Assembly: GCA_945829445.1 (NCBI GenBank)
Contig: CALZUY010000004.1
Span: 153-64,152, forward strand
From: an uncultured Clostridia bacterium
GTDB lineage: Bacteria > Bacillota > Clostridia > Oscillospirales > Butyricicoccaceae
Reading direction: 5' to 3'
Length of the DNA stretch: 64,000 bases
Shown here: piece after piece, positions 1 to 8,547 of the stretch
How positions within the stretch are numbered: the stretch's first letter is position 1
How the letters are laid out: each line of letters begins with the position of its first letter
Made by a program: the position numbers and the translations under genes
The notes under the pieces: model-generated
Told to the model about the DNA's origin: nothing
Databases searched by the model: none
The model's input: the letters and a program-made list of their open reading frames with translations, nothing else

Positions 1-68
1 ACAAACATGGAAATGTTCTTTGCATGAACCTTGCCAATACGTCCCGCACCGATAATTCCTACTTTCAT
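1..68 (-). CDS. iolG: Gfo/Idh/MocA oxidoreductase, probably myo-inositol 2-dehydrogenase (N-terminus; runs off window)
   Basis: Manual translation MKVGIIGAGRIGKVHAKNISMF (Rossmann GxGxxG); AGGAG RBS upstream. Confidence 0.7.
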   Translation of the reverse strand, partial: MKVGIIGAGRIGKVHAKNISMF

Positions 69-140
69 AATGACTCTCCTTTTCCAAAAATTTATCATAA
101 TTATAAATTATGGCTGATATAGTAAAACAAAAGGATGATA

Positions 141-1169
141 TTATCCCATGTTTTCTGAATTAATAACACTGATTTCCGTGAAAGAAATCGGCTCTACCGG
201 AGTTTCCGGAGACAAAATCAGATTTTTTAACAGGATCACCGGCTGATATCCCTGCCAGTAGATATCCTGCTTGATGATAAAATCAATGCGTCCCTCTGCC
301 AGAAGCCGTTTTGTTTCTGCTGTGAGGTCATTGCCGACAATCATGATTCTGTCCGTGCGTTTGCTGGCGGAAACTGCCTCTGTGCATGCCACCACATTTT
401 CATTCGCCATGTAAATGGCAGACAGCCTTGGCTGTTTTTCAAGAGCTTCAGTGACTTTTTCGTATGTAAGCAGATATTCGTTAAAGCTTTCGATTATGGT
501 GATTTGATAGGATGAAATCCCGGCTTCGCGGCATTTGTCACAGAAGCCCTGGACACGCTGCTTGTGTCCGTCGATTTCCAGATTCCCTGCTACTACCAAT
601 ACTTCGTCCTGTCCCTTCAGCATTTTGACGATCAGATCTGCGGCGACCCTGCCGCTCTGGTAGGGATCCTGCCCGATAAAGCACGCCCGTCCGCTGTCAG
701 GAATATCACTGTTGTACGTGACAACCGGAATGCCGGAATACGTCAGTTCCAGAATCAGGCGCTGGATCATAGGACTGTTTTTGACGCAAAGGGCAATGCC
801 GCCGATTCCCTGCTCCCGCATTTCGGTGATCCGATCGACAAACTCATTCGGGAGATCGGTTTCACATTCGATCACGTCCACCGTAAATCCGAGGGGTTCG
901 ATCATCCGTCTGGCATCATTCACGCCCCGCAGCCATTCCCGCCTCAGATTGGCATCAAACCATCCGCTGCCGGGAAACAGAATGCCAATCCGTTTTACAA
1001 GCTCATGCTCGGATTTGGGTGAGGAAATGTACCCCAGTTGTCTGGCTGTTTTCAGCACATGCTCCCGAACTTCGGGTTTCACGTTTGGCCGGTTGTGCAG
1101 TACGCGATCAACGGTTCCGCGCGAAACACCGGAGCTTTCTGCAATCATTTGAATTGTGACACGTCCCAT
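141..1169 (-). CDS. LacI-family transcriptional regulator
   Basis: N-terminal HTH VTIQMIAESSGVSRGTVDRVLHNR plus periplasmic-binding-protein-like domain; start trimmed to ATG 1169. Confidence 0.92.
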   Translation of the reverse strand: MGRVTIQMIAESSGVSRGTVDRVLHNRPNVKPEVREHVLKTARQLGYISSPKSEHELVKRIGILFPGSGWFDANLRREWLRGVNDARRMIEPLGFTVDVIECETDLPNEFVDRITEMREQGIGGIALCVKNSPMIQRLILELTYSGIPVVTYNSDIPDSGRACFIGQDPYQSGRVAADLIVKMLKGQDEVLVVAGNLEIDGHKQRVQGFCDKCREAGISSYQITIIESFNEYLLTYEKVTEALEKQPRLSAIYMANENVVACTEAVSASKRTDRIMIVGNDLTAETKRLLAEGRIDFIIKQDIYWQGYQPVILLKNLILSPETPVEPISFTEISVINSENMG

Positions 1170-1217
1170 TCGTTCACCTGTGCTTCCTGTTTTTATTGTG
1201 TTTCTTGGCACAACTAT

Positions 1218-1246
1218 TTTATAACACACATTTTTGGTGAAGTCAA
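1218..1246 (-). promoter_or_regulatory. sigmaA-type promoter of first LacI gene
   Basis: TTGACT-17-TATAAA on minus strand. Confidence 0.55.
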
Positions 1247-1491
1247 CGCAATTTATTGGCATAAAAGTTGTGAAAAGAAGAACAAATCATGGAATGTGCA
1301 AATTTTGTGCTTTTTCGTGCTTTCTATTTTCCACTATTTTTTCGATTTTGCGCACCTTTCCGTGCAAGAGGTGCACTTGTCTATACATTTTTTCCTCTGT
1401 TTTTTGTGTATTTTGCACATATCATCCTATCTGTCCAAAAAATTGTCGGTGCGTGCACATGCACACTGTCGTGCACAGCACAATTTCCGCG

Positions 1492-1526
1492 AAAAAAAGA
1501 CAGGAACCAGTCTGTCGGTTCCTGTC
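1492..1526 (-). terminator. Intrinsic terminator after second LacI gene
   Basis: GACAGGAACC/GGTTCCTGTC stem followed by T7 on minus strand. Confidence 0.75.
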
Positions 1527-1551
1527 CTGTATGTTTCTGTTTTTGGCTGAA

Positions 1552-2610
1552 TTATGTGAATGTGCCCAGGTTTTCCGAACAAATAATATCGATTGATGTT
1601 TTGTCCGTTTCATCAGACGGTTCCATGTGCTTCTGCACATAGTTCCGAAGCACCCAAAGCGGGCGGTATCCCTGATGATAAATGTCCTGTGCAATTGCAA
1701 AATCTACATCGTCGCTTTTCAGCAGGCGCTTGGTAGAGTCCGTCAGGTCATGACTGACTACAAAAATTTCTCCTTCGCGTCCGACCTCATGAATTGCATC
1801 CACACAGCCGGTCACACTGTGGTTTGCCATATAAATCGCGCGAATTCCCGGTACACGTTCCAGAACTTCCCGCACTTTTCGATACGTGAGGGAGTAATCG
1901 TTGTATGTTTCGATCAGTTCCATCTGGCCTCCGCTGAACCCTTTTTCGTAAATTCGCTCGCAGAAGCCCTGCAGACGCAGGCGGTGGCCGTTGAATTCCG
2001 GATTGCCGATTGCGACCAGAAGCGTGTCATCCGGGCCGATATATTTGGATACCAGTTCGCCTGCAACGCGGCCGCCGCTCACGACATCCTCACCAACAAA
2101 GCAAAGACGCTTACAGTTGGAAATATCCGAGTTGAATGTCACAACTGGGATGTTTTTCTCGTATAATTCGTCGATTTTCTCTGCTATTTTGACATGGTCT
2201 ATGGCGCATATCGCTATGCCGCAGGCACCCTGTTCAAGCAGATGGTCCATTCGTTCGAGCGCTTCGCCGGGCAGATTTGTTTCACACTCTTCGATCAGAA
2301 CTTCAATGGAATAATCCGCAAGCAGCGCCTGCACATCCCGGATGCCGCGCATAATCTCATTTCGAAAATGTCCTTTTTCATTGGAAAGCAGTACACCGAG
2401 CACAGACGGCTGCAGGGAAGGAACTGCAAGTCCAAGTGCTTTTGCCTGATCTTCACGCGGGGGCACATAACCCAGCTCTTTCATCGCCTTGACAATGCGC
2501 TCATGCAGCTCCGGCTTGACATGTGGACGCTGATTGAGCACACGGTCAACCGTGCCGCGCGATACCCCCGCCTGTTTTGCAACCATATTGATCGTCACTT
2601 TTCTCGGCAC
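1552..2610 (-). CDS. LacI-family transcriptional regulator (paralog)
   Basis: HTH VTINMVAKQAGVSRGTVDRVLNQR; GTG start at 2610 after GAGGTG RBS. Confidence 0.92.
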   Translation of the reverse strand: MPRKVTINMVAKQAGVSRGTVDRVLNQRPHVKPELHERIVKAMKELGYVPPREDQAKALGLAVPSLQPSVLGVLLSNEKGHFRNEIMRGIRDVQALLADYSIEVLIEECETNLPGEALERMDHLLEQGACGIAICAIDHVKIAEKIDELYEKNIPVVTFNSDISNCKRLCFVGEDVVSGGRVAGELVSKYIGPDDTLLVAIGNPEFNGHRLRLQGFCERIYEKGFSGGQMELIETYNDYSLTYRKVREVLERVPGIRAIYMANHSVTGCVDAIHEVGREGEIFVVSHDLTDSTKRLLKSDDVDFAIAQDIYHQGYRPLWVLRNYVQKHMEPSDETDKTSIDIICSENLGTFT

Positions 2611-2884
2611 AGTAATCACCTCAACTTGTGCTTTTTTACACAATTTATTTTTTAACATAATTCCTAGTATTTGTCAACACACAATGAAAATGTTAGCAAC
2701 TTTTCACAATTCACCGGCAGGATTTCGCAAGTCGGGAAAAAATTGCACAGTTGGATGAAAAAGATATGAAATGAACGTTATTTATTCAAACATCTGCGGG
2801 TAAAAAAAAGATTGTCCCCGTGTGAAATTTGTGGGACAATCCTGTGAGTTTCAGAGCCCTCCATTGGGTGGCGCAAATGTTTGC

Positions 2885-3439
2885 TCAGAACGGCCAGAAC
2901 CGTTTTTTCTCCTGTGACGATGTGGCATCCCGTGTCAGGCATTCCAAAATTCCCTTTCCCATCGCATTGCAATAGTACTGGTTTGTCGACAGATCCACAA
3001 CGCAGATACGAAGTGCGCTCCAGCCATATCTGTCGTTTTTGTACTGGCGGTAGTCTTCGCTCCGCTTGATTTTTCGCTGCAACCGCCGGTCAACCTGGTC
3101 TGTGCACAGCACAAAACTGATCAGCGTATAATCGTGTGACGGATCATTGGACGGTACCCGTTCGTCCTGGATTTTGCGGAATAATTCCAGGTACTGTGTG
3201 AATGCATCCTCTGTCAGATTCTCACAGCAGTCAAAAAAGCACAATTCACCGCATATGCTGTCTCTGGAAATGCTGGATTTAATGCCGAACAGATAGCGGG
3301 GGTCACGCTTTTCATAGCCTGTGACCATGGGAAATACCTTCCCACAGCACTCAACCTCGTATTGTGTGTCAAACGGCGGCTGATACTGCCGCTCTGCCTG
3401 CCGGAAAAACTGTCCGGCCCTTTGACTGAAATCAGTCAC
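2885..3439 (-). CDS. Hypothetical protein (~184 aa)
   Basis: GTG start after GGGAG/GGGGA; globular composition; the upstream part of the track ORF is an off-frame reading of the neighbouring gene. Confidence 0.65.
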   Translation of the reverse strand: MTDFSQRAGQFFRQAERQYQPPFDTQYEVECCGKVFPMVTGYEKRDPRYLFGIKSSISRDSICGELCFFDCCENLTEDAFTQYLELFRKIQDERVPSNDPSHDYTLISFVLCTDQVDRRLQRKIKRSEDYRQYKNDRYGWSALRICVVDLSTNQYYCNAMGKGILECLTRDATSSQEKKRFWPF

Positions 3440-3476
3440 TTCCCCGCACTCCCTTCTTCGATTGTTTCCTGCTGTC

Positions 3477-3821
3477 TCAGAGCTGTTCTGCATCGTTATC
3501 TGCTTCCTCGACGGTTTCCTCTGCTTCGACAGTTTCTTCAGCTTCTTCGATGTCCTCGGATTCGTCTGCTTCCTCAGTTTCTGCCATCTCTGACTCAATC
3601 TGCTCTGCGGGAACATCCTTCTCTGCAAAATATTTCCCGTCAATCCAATAGCCGATTCCAAAGCCGACTACGGTTCCGACGATCTCTAACGTAGAGCCTT
3701 CCATGCGGAACAGGCCGGTTAAAAACATGCCAACAGCATAGCCGAGTGCCAGTCCCAAGAATTCCGATCTCGGTACCGTATTAAAATATTTCCTCTGCGT
3801 GCTGTGATATCCGCGTTTCAT
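3477..3821 (-). CDS. Small membrane protein, two TM helices and acidic low-complexity tail
   Basis: AGGAGG RBS; two Gly-rich hydrophobic segments; tail EEAEETVEAEETVEEAD. Confidence 0.7.
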   Translation of the reverse strand: MKRGYHSTQRKYFNTVPRSEFLGLALGYAVGMFLTGLFRMEGSTLEIVGTVVGFGIGYWIDGKYFAEKDVPAEQIESEMAETEEADESEDIEEAEETVEAEETVEEADNDAEQL

Positions 3822-4183
3822 TTGATTGTATCCTCCTGGTCTACTTTCTGTCTGTTCTGTTGCAGAACAGGTTTCTTTTATCATACATACACAGTGATTC
3901 TGTTGTCAAGTATAAAATCACAGAGAGAACAGTACAGATAACATCTGAACCACTCCGGCATTCATACATAATGGGACAAAATATGACGATGCTACCTCTG
4001 CGGTGCAGTTCTGAACAAAAAATATATTTGTTGTAAATTTTTACATATAATGAACCATCACAGGCGCAGAAAAGCCGGAAACTGCAGTTAGGAACGCTGT
4101 AGCAGAAGGCCGCGTCAGCGAACGGTATACAGTAAATTTCCATATTCAAAGATAACAGCATAAAACGGAATGTGCTCGCTCAT

Positions 4184-4774
4184 TTACTGTCCGGACAGTT
4201 CTTCAATCTTCTGTCTGACCTCATCGTAATCCGCAATGGCATTGATAAATTCGAGCAGCGCGTTGGCCGTCATATGCTGCGGCAGATCGAGCGCACGAAG
4301 CAGTTGTTTCCGCTTCGCATCGCTGCCCGGCACACCGGACAGACCCCATGCATAAAAATCAGCCTTGGTAATTTTCTGCTTGCCGTCTGCCTCCGGCAGG
4401 CATTCCACGCCCGCTTTTTGGAGTGCCTGTAAAATGACTTCATCCGGCACGCCTTCGACACCCAGTGTTCCTTCCTTGGAGCCGTGTGCCTTGCGGCGTT
4501 CTTTTCCTGCGATCTGCGGAATGTAAGCGTGCCGCACCTGCCCCTTTGGAATGGCACCACGCAGGTAATTGCGGATGACAAAGCCTGCGCCATCGCTGTC
4601 GGTCAGCACGAGAATACCGCGCTCCGCCGCAATGCGGCGGATGAGCGCCAGCTTTTCTTTGTTATTGAAAATCGCAAAGCCGCCGGTTTCAATCACAATG
4701 GTATCGACGAGCTGTTTGATTTTATTGACGTCATAGCGTCCTTCCACGACAATTGCTTCGCGGATGTGAATCAT
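4184..4774 (-). CDS. rnmV: Ribonuclease M5 (Toprim + DUF4093)
   Basis: IVVEGRYD and LTDSDGAG Toprim motifs; GVEG motif. Confidence 0.85.
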   Translation of the reverse strand: MIHIREAIVVEGRYDVNKIKQLVDTIVIETGGFAIFNNKEKLALIRRIAAERGILVLTDSDGAGFVIRNYLRGAIPKGQVRHAYIPQIAGKERRKAHGSKEGTLGVEGVPDEVILQALQKAGVECLPEADGKQKITKADFYAWGLSGVPGSDAKRKQLLRALDLPQHMTANALLEFINAIADYDEVRQKIEELSGQ

Positions 4775-5829
4775 CGGCCCACCGCCTTTTCTCCGAAATT
4801 TGCCGCCATCTGGAGCAGCATCAGTTCCAACACCTTCTGCCGGTCAGCACCGGCGGATTTCATCGCCACATCGCTTTCGCCGCACAGCAGCAGTGTGCGC
4901 CGCAGCCATTTCGTGTCCAGGCGCGCAGCGGAATCACGCATTTTGCGTGCATAGTATGTCGATTTGCTGCCGAGCAGCTCCATCAGTTCTTTATCGCTTT
5001 TATGTGCCTGCATCGCCAGCTTTGCGGCATACAGGCGCTGGATATGGCGTGCAATTGCCGTGAGCAGCACAATCGGTTCATTTTTCTGCGCAATCAGGTC
5101 GTTGACCAGTCCCAGCGCGCGGTCAAACCGCTGTGCGGTAATCGCATCGGTCAGGTCAAATGTAACTGCATCCAGCACCTTTGTGCAGACAGCATCGATA
5201 TCGCTGCGCTTGACGGTATCTGTCGCGCTGTGCGCACATGCCTTTTCGATTTCCAGCGTCAGATTGGTCATCGATGTGCCGCACAAAAACAGCAGATAAT
5301 CGCACGTATCGGTATCGATAATCTTACCTGCATCCTTCGCATGCCGTTTGACCCATGGAATCAGATCGTGCCGTTCCAGATGCGAGAAATCTGCAATACA
5401 GCCGTGTTTTGTGATAATCGTGTGCAGCTTGGTGCGCTTATCCGGCTTCAATGCAATAGTGTCATAGTAAAAGACGAGGCATACATATTCCGGCAGGTCG
5501 GACAAAATGCCGGGCAGCTCATCCTTGAGCGCGGCAGGAGCCTTGTATACATCCAGATCCCGGACAACGATCATGCGCCGCTCCGCCATTGCCGGATAGC
5601 TGTCCACAGCTTCTGTCAGCCGTTCAGCAGTCAGGGACGCGCCTTCAAACACATCATAATTGAAATCGCGGAAGGTCTCATCAACGACCTCCTTTTCCAG
5701 CGCAGCGAGATAGTGCTCCTTCAAATAGTCCTCTTCCCCGCCGATCAGGTACAGCGAACCGACGGTATGGTTTTTCAGGTCAGTTTTCAGCTGCTGCACA
5801 CCGTCAGCTTTTGTCGGTTTCTTCGGCAT
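4771..5829 (-). CDS. holA: DNA polymerase III delta subunit
   Basis: LYLIGGEEDYL N-terminus, 352 aa, follows comEC. Confidence 0.9.
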   Translation of the reverse strand: MPKKPTKADGVQQLKTDLKNHTVGSLYLIGGEEDYLKEHYLAALEKEVVDETFRDFNYDVFEGASLTAERLTEAVDSYPAMAERRMIVVRDLDVYKAPAALKDELPGILSDLPEYVCLVFYYDTIALKPDKRTKLHTIITKHGCIADFSHLERHDLIPWVKRHAKDAGKIIDTDTCDYLLFLCGTSMTNLTLEIEKACAHSATDTVKRSDIDAVCTKVLDAVTFDLTDAITAQRFDRALGLVNDLIAQKNEPIVLLTAIARHIQRLYAAKLAMQAHKSDKELMELLGSKSTYYARKMRDSAARLDTKWLRRTLLLCGESDVAMKSAGADRQKVLELMLLQMAANFGEKAVGR

Positions 5830-5853
5830 AGTGCGCCTCCCTTCCAGTCTATC

Positions 5854-8076
5854 TTAATCCCGTTCGGTCTTCCAGTCAATCTGTCCCGTGTAATATGGGT
5901 TTACAATCGGAATCCCACAGTAATCTGTGCCGCTCTCCCAGCCGCTTTCCAGTACAATCTGTGCGGGAGCGATGCGGCGCAGCAGTTCTTCCATCTTTTC
6001 GGTATTTTCGGAAAATCCACCGGATACGAGCAGTGTGTCGCAGTTCAATGGTGTTTGGTCGGTCAGCTCCAGCAGCATGTTCTGCGTCAGCGCATGCACC
6101 GTCACGATGTCCTGATCTTCTGATTGAATCCGGACAACCAGCTTGCGCTCAATTGTACCGAGCACCGAAAGACCAAGCGAAGTATCACCTATTGCGGACT
6201 CTGTTCCCGGTGCGAGCTTTTCATACGAGATATGCAGTGCTTCGAGCGTTTGGATCACTTCGGGATACGGCTCTTTGTTTTCCCGGTTTATTTGCGGCAG
6301 AATGACGCGCTCCACCGGTATCTCGCGGAGAAGCTCACACACATTGCGCGCATGTCCGAGATCGACAGAGGTGAGAATCACCAGATCGAGTGAATCGATG
6401 CCGTACCAGTCGAGATATGCCGCAACATCCTCTGCCGCGTTGTGATAGCCGGAACCGCTGCAATCGATGAGTGCCGCCTGTTCCCCGCAGGAAACAACAA
6501 TCGCCTGCCCGCTGCCCTCCGGCAGCACGGAAATGCGCAGATCGTTCTGAGCCGCTGTACCACGCCAGACGCTGATTCCGACGACTGCCAGCACAAGCAT
6601 CGGCACGCCTGCCGCGAGCACGCGGCGGCTTCCCTTCCACAGCAGCAGTGCTGCAATCGCGCTCAGTGCGATTGCAAAGGCGAAATCAGTATGATTTTCG
6701 CAGTACAGAAGTCCATATGGAAACTCCGCTGTCCGGTCACTGACCCACAGAATATAATCGGTCAGCCATCCTGCGGGTGTCAGTAGTACAGTTGCCGCTG
6801 CGGGTGCAAACAGTCCGATGATTCCACCGATAAACAGCAGCGGAAATACCAGAGATACCGCCCACAGCGCAAGGAGATTTGACAGTGCGGAAAATACCGA
6901 CAGGTAGCCAAAGTGATACAGCAAAATGGGCGCGGTTATGACAGTAGAACTGACCGTGCACGCTGCTGTGCCTGACAGCACCCGGTACAGGCGTTTGATC
7001 GGCTTCGGCACGCGCTTTGGAAGTGCCAGCAGGCGCTGGATGCGCGACGCGAAGCACAGGATGCCGAAGGTTGCGGCAAACGAGAGCTGCAGGCTGACCG
7101 AGGTCAGTGAATCCGGCAGCATCACCAGAATGAGCAGTAGCGCCGCGAACAGCGAGTTCATGCTGTCACTTTGCCGCCTGACCCAGAAGCCCAGCAGCAA
7201 AATGCCGTACATGATGCAGGCGCGCACAACCGACGGCGACCAGCCGACCATGAGATAAAATGCGATCAGCGCGGGAATACCGAGCGCCGTGCCGAGCTTC
7301 CTGCCAAATACAAACAGCAGCAGCGAAATCAGAAATCCGACATGCAGGCCGGACAATGCGATGACATGCGACAGCCCGGCTTTTCGCAGATGGTCTCTGT
7401 CTGCTGTTGTCAGATTTGATTTGTCGCCCGTCGCCAGTGCATTCCAGAACGCTGCCTGCCGTTCCGTGCCATACTGCGCAAACACGCCGCGCAGCTGTTG
7501 TGCGAGCAGTTTGGGATAATACCAGAGTGGGCGGTGTTCCGGCGGCGTAATCGTGATTTCCGTCTCTTTATTCACCGATGCCAGCACAAAATAGCCCTGT
7601 GAGCGGTAATAGCTCTCTCGGTCAAAGCCCTCCCGCAGACCGGAGATATAAAATTCAAATTTGCCGGTAATTTTGTCTCCCGGTTTGATTTCTTCTTCGG
7701 TCAGCGGCAGGTATACCAGTGTGCGGAAGCCGGTTTTCAGCCCGACATCAGCTCCATCAACACGCACCTCAATACGCTGATTGTTCTCATACTGCACAGC
7801 ATAATCGGTCGCTGTGACTGTCATGAACTGCGACAGTCCCTCCAGTTCAGAGACCGGGTCGGTAATGTATCTGTGATACGCATTGGTATACGTCAGACCA
7901 CAGGCCAGGCCTGCCAGCAGGACGCATGCCGGAAGTGCCGGTGAAACCAGTTTTCCGACAACAATCGATGCTGCCAGAACGAGTATAGCCGCGATGAGCA
8001 GAACCGATGCGCCGAACAGCGCAAGTCCGCAGCCGACAGCAAACGCCGCAGAAAACCAGATCAGTGGTCGATGCAT
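5854..8076 (-). CDS. comEC: ComEC/Rec2 DNA uptake channel
   Basis: GLSHVIALSGLHV, SVVRACIM and SLQLSFAAT competence-domain motifs; many TM segments; C-terminal MBL-like domain. Confidence 0.92.
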   Translation of the reverse strand: MHRPLIWFSAAFAVGCGLALFGASVLLIAAILVLAASIVVGKLVSPALPACVLLAGLACGLTYTNAYHRYITDPVSELEGLSQFMTVTATDYAVQYENNQRIEVRVDGADVGLKTGFRTLVYLPLTEEEIKPGDKITGKFEFYISGLREGFDRESYYRSQGYFVLASVNKETEITITPPEHRPLWYYPKLLAQQLRGVFAQYGTERQAAFWNALATGDKSNLTTADRDHLRKAGLSHVIALSGLHVGFLISLLLFVFGRKLGTALGIPALIAFYLMVGWSPSVVRACIMYGILLLGFWVRRQSDSMNSLFAALLLILVMLPDSLTSVSLQLSFAATFGILCFASRIQRLLALPKRVPKPIKRLYRVLSGTAACTVSSTVITAPILLYHFGYLSVFSALSNLLALWAVSLVFPLLFIGGIIGLFAPAAATVLLTPAGWLTDYILWVSDRTAEFPYGLLYCENHTDFAFAIALSAIAALLLWKGSRRVLAAGVPMLVLAVVGISVWRGTAAQNDLRISVLPEGSGQAIVVSCGEQAALIDCSGSGYHNAAEDVAAYLDWYGIDSLDLVILTSVDLGHARNVCELLREIPVERVILPQINRENKEPYPEVIQTLEALHISYEKLAPGTESAIGDTSLGLSVLGTIERKLVVRIQSEDQDIVTVHALTQNMLLELTDQTPLNCDTLLVSGGFSENTEKMEELLRRIAPAQIVLESGWESGTDYCGIPIVNPYYTGQIDWKTERD

Positions 8077-8171
8077 GGCGATCCCTCCCATCTGTAAAGA
8101 GTGCGAAAGGTGGCGCCGCTGTGCGGCGCCACCTCACAATGCCTTTGTTCCGATATCAACAGATCAACAGA

Positions 8172-8510
8172 TCAGCCGGGCGGCCATGTCATATCACGGC
8201 CGGACAGCACGTGAAAATGCAGGTGGAACACGCTCTGCTGTGCCTGCTCACCGATGTTGGAGACAACGCGGAAGCTCTCCATACCCATGTCCTTGGCGAT
8301 TTTGGCAATGGCTTCAAAGCACTTTGCCACAACCATGCTGTTTTCCGGCGTGACTGCCGCCGCAGACGGAATGTGCTGCTTCGGAATCACGAGGAAATGT
8401 GTCGGCGCCTGCGGGTCGATGTCATAGAATGCATAGACATCGTCGTCCTCATACACCTTTTTGGAGGGGATTTCCCCTGCGATAATTTTACAGAACAGAC
8501 AATCTTCCAT
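8172..8510 (-). CDS. Histidine triad (HIT) nucleotide-binding protein
   Basis: DCLFCKII N-terminus, PQAPTHFLVIPK, HLHFH triad. Confidence 0.93.
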   Translation of the reverse strand: MEDCLFCKIIAGEIPSKKVYEDDDVYAFYDIDPQAPTHFLVIPKQHIPSAAAVTPENSMVVAKCFEAIAKIAKDMGMESFRVVSNIGEQAQQSVFHLHFHVLSGRDMTWPPG

Positions 8511-8547
8511 CGAACATCCTCCTTCCAGATGAATCGAATAATCAGAT

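Noticed and set aside
3841-4161. 106-aa minus-strand ORF
   Set aside because: Overlaps a promoter region, no RBS, composition not protein-like
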